From a virus (Duplodnaviria; Heunggongvirae; Uroviricota; Caudoviricetes), in the IMG/VR virus record IMGVR_UViG_2724679538_000004, positions 45,799 to 109,798 of that record: a stretch of 64,000 nt of DNA; one strand, given 5' to 3'. The notes under the pieces were generated by a model. It saw nothing but the letters and a program-made list of their open reading frames with translations. It did not search any database and was not told the origin of the DNA. The position numbers and the translations under genes are program-made. This document shows positions 26,763 to 35,034 of this stretch, piece after piece (the first letter of the stretch is position 1; each line of letters starts with the position of its first letter).

Positions 26763-27506
26763 TCACTGCATGTTGCCGAATTTTTTGTTAAGGCTTTTTC
26801 GTATTGTCTCTATGGTTTTCTCCCTATCTGAATATAGTTCGCTAACTACATAGTCCATAATCTCAAAAGCACCTTCGATATCTTTGATCCGAACTTCATC
26901 AAACGTATGACTGCCTGCATTCCCCAAGAACTTTATCGCCAAAAGATTTTGAGCAAGTTTGCTGCCCTCTTCCGGGATTTTTTCGATACGATGGTGCAAT
27001 CGGATTGTCTTACCTTTATCATTTTGCGTAGGTATCCCCATAGAGGTAAGGATATTTTCTACAGCGATTCTGATTAGGTTTGCTGCGGCACCTTGCTGCA
27101 TTAAAAAAATGGAAAAAGCAGCTTTCAGGGGGCCACTTACTTCATCCGGGCAGTTCTCTGGAATTTGAAAAACATTCAAGGAAGGAACAAAGCAAAGAGG
27201 TTTGTACCATTGATAATATTCGTCTGCCATTTCCTCTGGTTGGTAATCTCTATCCCATCCTGCCTTTCCTACGCAGGCAACCGCTTCGCCACATTTTGCT
27301 CGTGAACATTTGGCCATACAGCTGAAATAGGACTCAGACATATCGTAATCAAACCAATCTTCATTTTGTGCTTTCCTGGTACCTAAAGACTCCTCTTCAA
27401 CAAAACTATCTTGCATGATTTCCAGAGTCTTTTGTCCGCAGACCGGACAAGGCCAGTCCACATGTTTATCGCTGTAAAATCGATGGGAAATTTTATGAAT
27501 AGCCAT
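26763..27506 (-). CDS. zinc-ribbon protein; C-terminal region resembles DUF4145-type module (tentative)
   Basis: N-terminal CPVCG ... C..C; C-terminal LAIKFLGNAGSHTFDE; opposite strand to all neighbours. Confidence 0.5.
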   Translation of the reverse strand: MAIHKISHRFYSDKHVDWPCPVCGQKTLEIMQDSFVEEESLGTRKAQNEDWFDYDMSESYFSCMAKCSRAKCGEAVACVGKAGWDRDYQPEEMADEYYQWYKPLCFVPSLNVFQIPENCPDEVSGPLKAAFSIFLMQQGAAANLIRIAVENILTSMGIPTQNDKGKTIRLHHRIEKIPEEGSKLAQNLLAIKFLGNAGSHTFDEVRIKDIEGAFEIMDYVVSELYSDREKTIETIRKSLNKKFGNMQ

Positions 27507-27651
27507 TTATTTCGCTCCATGCATATTGGCCGAAATGAGTTCAAACGATACCAATATGAATAATAGATGCGTTACTTTAAGACACTGTGGATTAAATACA
27601 AAGCATGGCTACCAACAGAAGGAACAAAAGATACTGGTTACAAATACCCGT

Positions 27652-27718
27652 AAATAAATTGTTTTCTACCTTTTCTTAATTGTGATAATAAACCACACAA
27701 GAAAACAAATTGTTTAGG
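27652..27718 (+). promoter_or_regulatory. sigma70-like promoter (TTGTTTTC, extended -10 TGTGATAAT) followed by operator CAAGAAAACAAATTGTTTAGG
   Basis: Read directly; same architecture at 21727-21785. Confidence 0.5.
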
Positions 27719-27728
27719 AGTGGCAAAA

Positions 27729-28028
27729 ATGCTGAACATTACCCAAGCCTACCAGGTGGCATTGATTAGTGCATCTCATACATCAGAGGAAGATGCTCGC
27801 CGATTCATGATCGCAAGCAATGAGCTGGATTGGGTTTCACAAATTGACGGCGGTTGTATTGTCCACGCCTGGTTACAGGATGATGTCTGGAAAGACAACT
27901 TGCGTCGATATGGTATATCCGAAGGCGCAATTGCTAACATTCAGAAAGTACTTGATGTAGGCTTTGACTCTGTACATTTCGATTGTGGCGCACCGGTCGT
28001 TGAAGGGCTTGAGTGCTGGAACTGGTAA
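27729..28028 (+). CDS. hypothetical protein
   Basis: ATG 27729 with AGGAG RBS. Confidence 0.45.
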   Translation: MLNITQAYQVALISASHTSEEDARRFMIASNELDWVSQIDGGCIVHAWLQDDVWKDNLRRYGISEGAIANIQKVLDVGFDSVHFDCGAPVVEGLECWNW

Positions 28029-28064
28029 TCCGGCAAACGTTCCATACTATGTAACGGAGAATTT

Positions 28065-28250
28065 ATGCTTAAAGAGGACTCATATCTACTAAAGGCGCTT
28101 GAAATGCGTGGCGTTGAACCTACAGTGAAAAACGCTCACGATATCTACCTTCAGTTTTCACCGGAGCTGAAACGGCTCATAAATCAATACGGGGTTAATG
28201 ACTCAAGTGTTAAAGCAATGATAGATGATGAATTAGACCATCTCATCTAA
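28065..28250 (+). CDS. hypothetical small protein
   Basis: 61-aa ORF with GGAG RBS. Confidence 0.35.
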   Translation: MLKEDSYLLKALEMRGVEPTVKNAHDIYLQFSPELKRLINQYGVNDSSVKAMIDDELDHLI

Positions 28251-28402
28251 TCGTTTCCTATGATAATGGTTTTCACTTTGAGATTGTTATTTTTCATAGC
28301 CAAAGCTGATGTTTGTGGAAGGTGGATTGATAAACGGATGCGTATTTAGGTTATACAAGTGAGAAAATTGATAATATATAAACGCGATTTTTATGTGATG
28401 GA

Positions 28403-28972
28403 ATGGATGTAATGGAAACCCAGAACCAACAAACAAAACCTCTGAATAACATTTATGCGTGGATTCTAGCGTTCATGCCTTTCTTCTTTGCAGTATCGCC
28501 GGAAGAGTATACCAATTACGCTATTATAATTGGGGGTGTAACTACCATCGGTTTGTTAGTAGCTGACAGAATGGCTCTATCGGAGTCTGGCTGTGAACCA
28601 CCTTCAATTCTATGGGGGGTATTCCTCCTGCCTGTCTATCTCTGGAAGCGCGCGACTATTACAAAAGGCAGCAGAGTGCCATTTATCATAATCGTTGCGT
28701 CGCTGGCTTGGGTTATCTTCATCGGCATCCCACACAAGGACGAGGTTGCTCTTGAAGAAGCAGCCTGCCCTCTCGTGACAACTATTCTGAAAGAGAATAA
28801 CGGTTCGACTGCACCAAAATGTATGAAGGTGACAATAGAGGACAAGGTGACGGATAAGTTCTATAGAGCAACGGCTACACTAGACAATGGTAATGACATT
28901 AACATTACTCTGGAACTTACCGGCGACAGGAACTTCTACGTCCGTGTTCCAAATGTTTATCTGAACAACTAA
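28403..28972 (+). CDS. membrane protein (multiple hydrophobic segments)
   Basis: Several predicted transmembrane stretches. Confidence 0.45.
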   Translation: MDVMETQNQQTKPLNNIYAWILAFMPFFFAVSPEEYTNYAIIIGGVTTIGLLVADRMALSESGCEPPSILWGVFLLPVYLWKRATITKGSRVPFIIIVASLAWVIFIGIPHKDEVALEEAACPLVTTILKENNGSTAPKCMKVTIEDKVTDKFYRATATLDNGNDINITLELTGDRNFYVRVPNVYLNN

Positions 28973-29100
28973 CGGTTGCAACTTATTGATAATGGCGGTC
29001 ACAATTTGATTCTTTTCTATAAGAATCCGTTGATCGCCACTACTCCCCTTCCATACCTGCAACCACATCCTTAAATATCAATTAGTTATAGTTGTTTATA

Positions 29101-29124
29101 CCAATAAGAAAACAACTAAATAAC
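29101..29124 (+). promoter_or_regulatory. promoter/operator family motif (variant)
   Basis: CCAATAAGAAAACAACTAAATAAC; no convincing gene downstream. Confidence 0.3.
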
Positions 29125-29313
29125 AGATCAACGAAATGTCAATGCTTTCGCCCGATTTGGTCTATAAAATTGACGTTTTCACACATCACTTCTTATACCC
29201 GCAATCCTACGCAGCAGACAGCGCCACAGCGTCCAATTTTCACCACAGATGACCCAACAACTACCAATAAAAACACACGCTCAAAATCGCTCCCGTTGCG
29301 TTACACAACCATA

Positions 29314-29356
29314 TAAACAACTTGTTTTCAGGCATAACAAAACAACTAAATAACAC
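29314..29356 (+). promoter_or_regulatory. promoter/operator family motifs (TAAACAACTTGTTTTCAGG and CATAACAAAACAACTAAATAACAC)
   Basis: Immediately upstream of the A/C-rich noncoding tract. Confidence 0.35.
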
Positions 29357-29900
29357 ATATGCCATTCCCCAAAACAACCAACCTCTTTATGGCAGGCTAC
29401 CGAAAAGACCCACCTCTTCTTCCCAGGCTACCGGACAACCAACCTAACTTTCACAGGCAATTCGAAACCTCCATACGCGCGATACCCACGACACGCCATT
29501 CCCCAAATAGCGAAGAACCACCGAAACCCCAACGAAGCTTGTAACCGCAAGGATTTCCTCAATCCCAAAAGACACGAAACAGAACATTCGAGGGAAACGC
29601 CATTACCCAATACACGAATAACTACAAAAGCCTTTCACGCACTCCATACAAGCAACTCAAACACAATAACGAAAGGAATCGCCCACCTGCCATTACTCCA
29701 TACACGGAGAAGAACAATCACCAAAACGTCGAGAACAACCCAGAGAAGAACCACCGCAAAACGAACGAAACCATATAAACCGACAGAGAGAACTACACAC
29801 CCAATTCACCAACAGAAATAGTCGCCGTATAGAACGTTCAGGGAGGAGTGAGTATTAACGCCTATAGAGAGCTTGAGACAGATAAAACACGAAGAAAACA
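29357..29900 (+). other. A/C-rich, G-poor noncoding tract with dispersed GCCATT(A/C)C(C/T)C...ACACG repeats (candidate untranslated transcript)
   Basis: No credible ORF on either strand; composition skew visible by eye; bounded by promoter-like motifs upstream and a hairpin/T-run downstream. Confidence 0.35.
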
Positions 29901-29946
29901 CAACATGTATAACGGAGAAGCCAGGTATGTATAAGTGGGGAGTGGA

Positions 29947-29968
29947 GGAGGGGTGTCGCCTCCTTTTT
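29947..29968 (+). terminator. terminator-like hairpin plus T-run
   Basis: GGAGG-GGTGTCG-CCTCC then TTTTT. Confidence 0.45.
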
Positions 29969-30032
29969 CGTATTTATTCAACTCCTGATTTTATCCCCCC
30001 GTAAAACCCCTACGGTCAGCCTTCGGTCCATA

Positions 30033-30173
30033 CAGGGAAAAGGTTGCATCCCGCTACAGAAACGGCTGGGTTGCCTTCGGGGAACGGCTGGAGGTTTTCA
30101 GGGAAACGGTCGAGTTGCCTGTGTGGGTTTCGGGAAAAGGCTCGATGCCGGTTCAGGAACGGTGGCGTACCGG
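30033..30173. repeat. about six tandem imperfect ~22-bp repeats of (C)AGGGAAA(A/C)GG type (iteron-like)
   Basis: CAGGGAAAAGG, CGGGGAACGG, CAGGGAAACGG, CGGGAAAAGG, CAGGAACGG read in series. Confidence 0.55.
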
Positions 30174-30475
30174 TATAGCGAGAGGGAGAGTTGCGGCTAC
30201 CCACCTGTAATGTGCGGGAAGAAGGGAGACTCTCACGTATAGGCGAACCTACTTCCCGCTGGATTCCCTCTGAATGCCCAGCTACAGCGTAATTGTGCCA
30301 GACAGTCCGCGGGTCACAATCGATTTCAGTAGGTTTTCGGGGAGAGGATTATTCTGCCCACCAGCTCCCTGCGGCCAGTAAATCAGAATAATGTAAAAAG
30401 TGCCCACGGTACTGAACCTGAAAAGTCACTACTAAAACTGCATTTACCGGAATAAAACTCTTTTTCACCTATGTG

Positions 30476-30518
30476 TTATTGCGATAATAACACCAACGAG
30501 AAAACAAGTTGTTTACGG
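30476..30518 (+). promoter_or_regulatory. promoter (-10-like GCGATAAT) plus operator CGAGAAAACAAGTTGTTTACGG
   Basis: Read directly. Confidence 0.45.
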
Positions 30519-30525
30519 AGTGGTA

Positions 30526-30837
30526 ATGAATACCTCATTGGTTCTTGGTCTTGCAGAAGGTCAGGACAGAAAAGAAAAGCCAACTTTGATGGGACACCTC
30601 ACATTGTTGGATATCGTAGCGAACGGAACTTCTATTCGACTGTTTCGTGAAAAAGCTATTACCTTCGACAAAGTGAATTTAACGCGCTATGTGATGGTTG
30701 TTCGTCGCCAGCGAGGAAGAGGGTGGATGTCAGTTCAGAAAATGTGGCCAGAGGACCAGCTTGAACTGGCACTGATGGAAGTGAACCGCGTAGCCCAGCA
30801 AGAAATCCAACGAGCTTCTGTTCAGGCAGTGGCTTAA
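30526..30837 (+). CDS. hypothetical protein
   Basis: ATG 30526 with ACGGAG RBS. Confidence 0.45.
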   Translation: MNTSLVLGLAEGQDRKEKPTLMGHLTLLDIVANGTSIRLFREKAITFDKVNLTRYVMVVRRQRGRGWMSVQKMWPEDQLELALMEVNRVAQQEIQRASVQAVA

Positions 30838-30871
30838 GCATGTGCAAGCAGTAGTTAGTCGAGTGTACGAC

Positions 30872-30900
30872 AGCCCTGATTCCTTACAGGGCTTTTTTGT
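30872..30900 (+). terminator. intrinsic terminator
   Basis: AGCCCTGATTCCTTACAGGGCT plus TTTTTT. Confidence 0.6.
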
Positions 30901-30924
30901 ATTGTAAGTAACTACTTACAATAA
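30901..30924. promoter_or_regulatory. copy of recurrent palindrome (ATTGTAAGTAACTACTTACAATAA)
   Basis: Inverted repeat about 40 nt upstream of the next start. Confidence 0.35.
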
Positions 30925-30963
30925 TAGAATTACCTCGTTCGTTAACTTACATACAGGGAGAGT

Positions 30964-31362
30964 ATGATGAGCGTAAAACGCGAAAACCTGACAATCGATA
31001 TGTACTATGCCTCTGAAAAAGCAGAAGACGAAGCGGTTGCAAAAATTACCGTGATGATTCGTGACAATGAATCTGGTGCAGAGGTACAAACAAGCACTCT
31101 TGTACGCACAGGAACAGGCGAAGAGGCGACTTATGCCGTCGGCTATCAGAATATCAACGATGCCACGGACCCGCTGTTACTTAAACTGGAAAACCACTTC
31201 CGCAGTGTCGATAAGGTGCTTTTTGAGAAGCTGATGGAAGCCGTGGATGAGGTGTATACCTCAAACCTCAACAGCAATACTACCTGGATGGGACAGTATG
31301 GCCTGCGAATTACCACCGGCGCTCAAGTAGAAACCGTCATCCCCGAAAGCGTATTCGCTTAA
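30964..31362 (+). CDS. hypothetical protein
   Basis: 132-aa ORF with GGGAGAG RBS. Confidence 0.45.
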   Translation: MMSVKRENLTIDMYYASEKAEDEAVAKITVMIRDNESGAEVQTSTLVRTGTGEEATYAVGYQNINDATDPLLLKLENHFRSVDKVLFEKLMEAVDEVYTSNLNSNTTWMGQYGLRITTGAQVETVIPESVFA

Positions 31363-31372
31363 TCCTCTTTGA

Positions 31373-31399
31373 ATGGCGCGTAAACCGCGCCATTTTCTT
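31373..31399 (+). terminator. intrinsic terminator
   Basis: ATGGCGCGTAAACCGCGCCAT plus T-rich run. Confidence 0.55.
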
Positions 31400-31405
31400 A
31401 TGCCC

Positions 31406-31424
31406 GATAACAATTTGTTTTCTG
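31406..31424 (+). promoter_or_regulatory. promoter/operator family motif (GATAACAATTTGTTTTCTG)
   Basis: Read directly. Confidence 0.4.
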
Positions 31425-31443
31425 CCTTATCTGATTTGTGAAA

Positions 31444-31854
31444 ATGATTTCACTGAAGCAACTTAATAAGGAAACCATCATGGAACTTGATATCTATATC
31501 GAGACGCAGCCTAAAAACGATCTGAATAACGAGGAATCCAGAAGACAGGTTGCTTACTTCCGCAAGTTCAATGCGCTCGTTGGGTGGATGGAGCGCAACG
31601 TAGGTGAAGTCGAAAATTGTGAGCTTTTAGAATTAACGATGAATGACATTTGTTTTCTGAAAGCTCATTTGATGCACATAAACGAAAGTAATTGCGAAGA
31701 GTACTTACCTACACAGGAAGGGTTTTTCTTCGGCAGTCAGGAGTACGATGAAGGTTACTGGCATGACGTGGATAAGCTGAAAAAACTGGTGGAAGACCTG
31801 ATTAGGAACCACGACTTCCACAATAACAGACTGACATTTTGCGCCTGGTGGTAA
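31444..31854 (+). CDS. hypothetical protein (start uncertain; an ATG at 31480 has the better RBS)
   Basis: ORF in the expected cassette position. Confidence 0.4.
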   Translation: MISLKQLNKETIMELDIYIETQPKNDLNNEESRRQVAYFRKFNALVGWMERNVGEVENCELLELTMNDICFLKAHLMHINESNCEEYLPTQEGFFFGSQEYDEGYWHDVDKLKKLVEDLIRNHDFHNNRLTFCAWW

Positions 31855-32136
31855 ATATGGGGGATTTTAGAAAGCGTCTTAAGGAAAGAACTGAGCAGGC
31901 CAGGAGGCAAAACGCGTTTTCTGTTATCCGGTACGCGAAACAATTCAGTCGGAACAACAAGTCAGTTGAGGAAAAGATCCTCAGCGTAATAGGACGATAA
32001 TTATTGAGGCTACCAGCATGGATAGCCTCACTGACTTTTCTTATAACCGAAGGTTAGTTTTGAAACCTGGCTAATGACTTCCAGTACCTGTCTTGATAAT
32101 TCAGCCTGCATTAACTTCTTTTCTGCCTTATCTACA

Positions 32137-32175
32137 CTGCGATAATTACACCAACAAGAAAACAACATGTTTACG
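32137..32175 (+). promoter_or_regulatory. promoter (-10-like TGCGATAAT) plus operator CAAGAAAACAACATGTTTACGC
   Basis: Read directly. Confidence 0.45.
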
Positions 32176-32185
32176 CAGTGAGGAT

Positions 32186-32473
32186 ATGCACATGACTGAT
32201 TTCACCATTACTACCAAAGCACAAAATGTATTCCTTGAATCATGGCTGGACTTGCCGGAAACAGAACAGCAAGAAATGGATCATGTGGAATATGACGAGC
32301 AGGTAAGCACGCGATTCTTCCACTTTGAGGGCTGCGTTTACGATATTGCCGACTTCATGCGAGATGACCGCTTCCCTGAATGGCACGCAAGCTATCCACT
32401 TAACGCCTTCGCCATGCTGATGATCCGTGTGGATGACTCAGGGGATACCATCGATGTCGGTTTGCTCCACTAA
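32186..32473 (+). CDS. hypothetical protein
   Basis: ATG 32186 with GAGGAT RBS. Confidence 0.4.
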   Translation: MHMTDFTITTKAQNVFLESWLDLPETEQQEMDHVEYDEQVSTRFFHFEGCVYDIADFMRDDRFPEWHASYPLNAFAMLMIRVDDSGDTIDVGLLH

Positions 32474-32503
32474 ATAATAAGGGACCACCAGCATTGGTGG
32501 CTC

Positions 32504-32776
32504 TTATATCATTTTTGCGAGCTTATTCATTTTGGTGAAGTCAATTGGCAATTCGGCCAAAGGTATCAAATAGTCTTTTTGTGCCCAGAAGTTTGGAGAT
32601 CTGCCCACTACATACGAAAGCCGATAAGCGTCTTCATCGGTAATCGGCTTTCTTTGTTCTAGTATAGCTTCAGCATAGTCGATACTAACCGCCATGCTGC
32701 GAGCCAATAATTCAACCCCAATACCGTAATCGTCATAAATGGCATCAAGAAATTTTTTCACATCAAGTTGGGACAT
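32504..32776 (-). CDS. XRE-type helix-turn-helix DNA-binding protein (putative regulator)
   Basis: LARSMAVSIDYAEAILEQRKP resembles an HTH motif; lone minus-strand gene among plus-strand cassettes. Confidence 0.45.
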   Translation of the reverse strand: MSQLDVKKFLDAIYDDYGIGVELLARSMAVSIDYAEAILEQRKPITDEDAYRLSYVVGRSPNFWAQKDYLIPLAELPIDFTKMNKLAKMI

Positions 32777-32861
32777 ATGATTATCTCCTCAAATAAGCCA
32801 AGTTTTTATTATATAACGATATTTTTCGATTGTGGGTAATATGATTACACCCGCAGGCTAA

Positions 32862-32945
32862 AAACACCAACCTCTTACCTCCAGGCTACCGATTAACCCA
32901 CCTGTTCCCGTCCGGCTACCGCAACTTTCCACTTTGACGCCTTAT
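32862..32945. repeat. paralog of the 29375-29465 element (contains two CAGGCTACCG-type direct repeats)
   Basis: Aligns by eye with 29375-29465. Confidence 0.5.
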
Positions 32946-32953
32946 TCGTACAA

Positions 32954-32992
32954 CGATAATTAACACCAACAAGAAAACAATTTGTTATTTAC
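32954..32992 (+). promoter_or_regulatory. promoter (-10-like CGATAAT) plus operator CAAGAAAACAATTTGTTATTTACG
   Basis: Read directly. Confidence 0.45.
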
Positions 32993-33007
32993 GATAAGGA
33001 ATTAATC

Positions 33008-33490
33008 ATGAATTTTATCGTTACTGTAAACGCACCCGCACATGGCAATATCGCTGTAACGTTCTCTGACATTGAAAAACGAGTACTTGGTGCATGGCGC
33101 GACAATGAGACGGTAGAACTGTCAGCACAAGAAAAATGCATTATTGCACGCGACATCATTGGTAATCGTCGTTACTCGCGGGTATTTGAGAAAGCGTATG
33201 TGGTAAATTCTGGATTCGGAACGTTCGTCTTTCCGGTGCGCTCCGGGCGATTCTGCCAGTCCAAGCTGATTGAGTTCGCTACGCAGATTTCTGTCTGGAT
33301 TAAAACTCAATCGTCGTTCAAATTTTCCGACGATGAAGCAGTATCGCAGGGGATGCGGATCGCCAACAATGCGATAAAATGCAAAAACATTACGTATGCC
33401 GCTGGCGTTGACACATGGAAACTGTTTTGCGCTAACTTTATGCTGAATGTATACGCAAGCAACCGCATCCACATCCTTGATGGCGTGTAA
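33008..33490 (+). CDS. hypothetical protein
   Basis: 160-aa ORF with AAGGAA RBS. Confidence 0.45.
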   Translation: MNFIVTVNAPAHGNIAVTFSDIEKRVLGAWRDNETVELSAQEKCIIARDIIGNRRYSRVFEKAYVVNSGFGTFVFPVRSGRFCQSKLIEFATQISVWIKTQSSFKFSDDEAVSQGMRIANNAIKCKNITYAAGVDTWKLFCANFMLNVYASNRIHILDGV

Positions 33491-33539
33491 CTGAGAAGAG
33501 GGCCAGAAACGGCCCTTTCTCTATAGCCACCAGCTGCCG

Positions 33540-33657
33540 CAGGGAAATTTTCAGAAACGGCGAGGAACGCATTCATGAACCGACGGGAAACGGCCAAGAT
33601 TTTTTCGGGAAACGGCTGCATTCGCCTTTATGTAGAAAAACATCGGGAAGCTGGTGG
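33540..33657. repeat. second array of GGGAAACGG-type repeats, flanked by CCACCAGCT / AGCTGGTGG inverted repeat
   Basis: CAGGGAAA, CGACGGGAAACGGCC, CGGGAAACGGCTG, CGGGAAGCTGG read in series. Confidence 0.5.
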
Positions 33658-34082
33658 AATCCAACCAGCGGTTGTCGGACAGGTGAGCGCGGAAAATAAT
33701 GATGACTTTCGTCGCCTGAGACATACAGATTTCTTTCATAGCGTAATCACATACGTGATTAAGTAGTGTGATTATGTGAAAAATCACGCGCACATAATAC
33801 GCGAGCGGATAAAGAACAACACAAAATGCCGATCCGCGCCGACAAATAAACGCGGATCACATAGCAAGACTAATAACCAATGATTAGCCATACATTATAA
33901 CGCAATATAACGCGATTTAAGCGCGTTAATGTGTTAAGTAATGGGTATGTACTGGTAAGGATGTAAAAGCGCGTCTATGGTGTTATTTTGGCGCTTATTT
34001 TTATGTTGTTGGAGTGAGTCAAAGACAATAAAAAAACGCGCCATTGATGGCGCGTTATTGTGGAAGTATTGGAAACGAAAAA

Positions 34083-34101
34083 AGCGCCCATAGTGGGCGC
34101 T
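34083..34101 (-). terminator. terminator for minus-strand gene
   Basis: Hairpin AGCGCCCATAGTGGGCGCT preceded on the plus strand by an A-run; an identical hairpin lies at 34354-34370. Confidence 0.5.
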
Positions 34102-34105
34102 CGAT

Positions 34106-34336
34106 TTATTTATGTAAACTGATTTCAAATCCCATTTCTACAAACGCTTTCAGCATTAAAAATATATCAGCGTCGTTCACCTCAGCTTTTTTGCGCTCCT
34201 GGTCGCTCAATAAGTCAATTTTGCGCGTCGTTTCATCTATAAGCTCGACTGCGCGCCCAGCGTAACCAGCGATCCCAGCGATCCGATTTACATAATATTC
34301 ATTGTGGACGTTAACGCCAGCGATAAGAATAAACAT
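34106..34336 (-). CDS. hypothetical small protein
   Basis: 76-aa ORF flanked by the duplicated hairpins. Confidence 0.4.
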   Translation of the reverse strand: MFILIAGVNVHNEYYVNRIAGIAGYAGRAVELIDETTRKIDLLSDQERKKAEVNDADIFLMLKAFVEMGFEISLHK

Positions 34337-34353
34337 GATTAAGCTCCTTAAAA

Positions 34354-34370
34354 GCGCCCATAGTGGGCGC
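34354..34370 (-). terminator. terminator for minus-strand gene (duplicate hairpin)
   Basis: GCGCCCATAGTGGGCGC. Confidence 0.45.
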
Positions 34371-34383
34371 CAGATTCCATTAA

Positions 34384-35034
34384 TTACGCTTTGAAAGCAT
34401 CAGCCAGATAGTTATAGAAATCATTTTTAATAAAGCGATATTGCTGCGTACCAGCTTTTGCGCTTCCCATTCCTTTGACTTTCTCAACAAGTCCAAGACG
34501 TTCACAAAGATTAATTAGCTGATTAGCTTGAGTATAGCCAGCGTCAAGTTTAATCTCACACGCTTTTTTAGCTTCATTCATTAAATCGAAAACAGCGCCA
34601 TTTGTGAACGTCTCGATCTCGTCGTTAATCATATCGATTAAAGCGAATACACGAGATCCTGACATATCAGCGACGGAATATACACATGTTCCAGCTTTAA
34701 TAGATTTAACAAGATAAACCAGCTTTTCCAGTGAATAACTATTAGTCATAGCGTCACGGAAAAATACTTCTGGGGCTTGTTTACTTGCTTTAATCGCATA
34801 GTAGAAAACAGAACATAATTTATCGTCTTCTACTGCGTTAACCACGTTGTTGATGAAGTAAGCAAGCTTAGTGGTCGCAGCTTGCATATTTGCTTTGTCT
34901 GCTTTAGTGTGCGTACCATTTTTATAATGTTCGTTATATGTTTGAGTTGCCAGATCTGCTTTTTCGCGCAGCTCATCGGATACAATGGAAGCAGCTTCAA
35001 TGATGGATTTTTTAGAAATGATAATGTTAGCCAT
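34384..35034 (-). CDS. hypothetical protein
   Basis: 216-aa ORF. Confidence 0.5.
   Translation of the reverse strand: MANIIISKKSIIEAASIVSDELREKADLATQTYNEHYKNGTHTKADKANMQAATTKLAYFINNVVNAVEDDKLCSVFYYAIKASKQAPEVFFRDAMTNSYSLEKLVYLVKSIKAGTCVYSVADMSGSRVFALIDMINDEIETFTNGAVFDLMNEAKKACEIKLDAGYTQANQLINLCERLGLVEKVKGMGSAKAGTQQYRFIKNDFYNYLADAFKA

Noticed and set aside
29092-29544. ORFs 29092-29316 and 29359-29544 (Pro/Thr-rich translations)
   Set aside because: Low-complexity translations that follow directly from the A/C-rich composition; no RBS and no sensible start context. Treated as noncoding.
30033-30173. Possible CRISPR array (tandem repeats)
   Set aside because: Repeats are short, imperfect and contiguous with no unique spacers of regular length, and no cas genes are nearby; they are better described as iteron-like.
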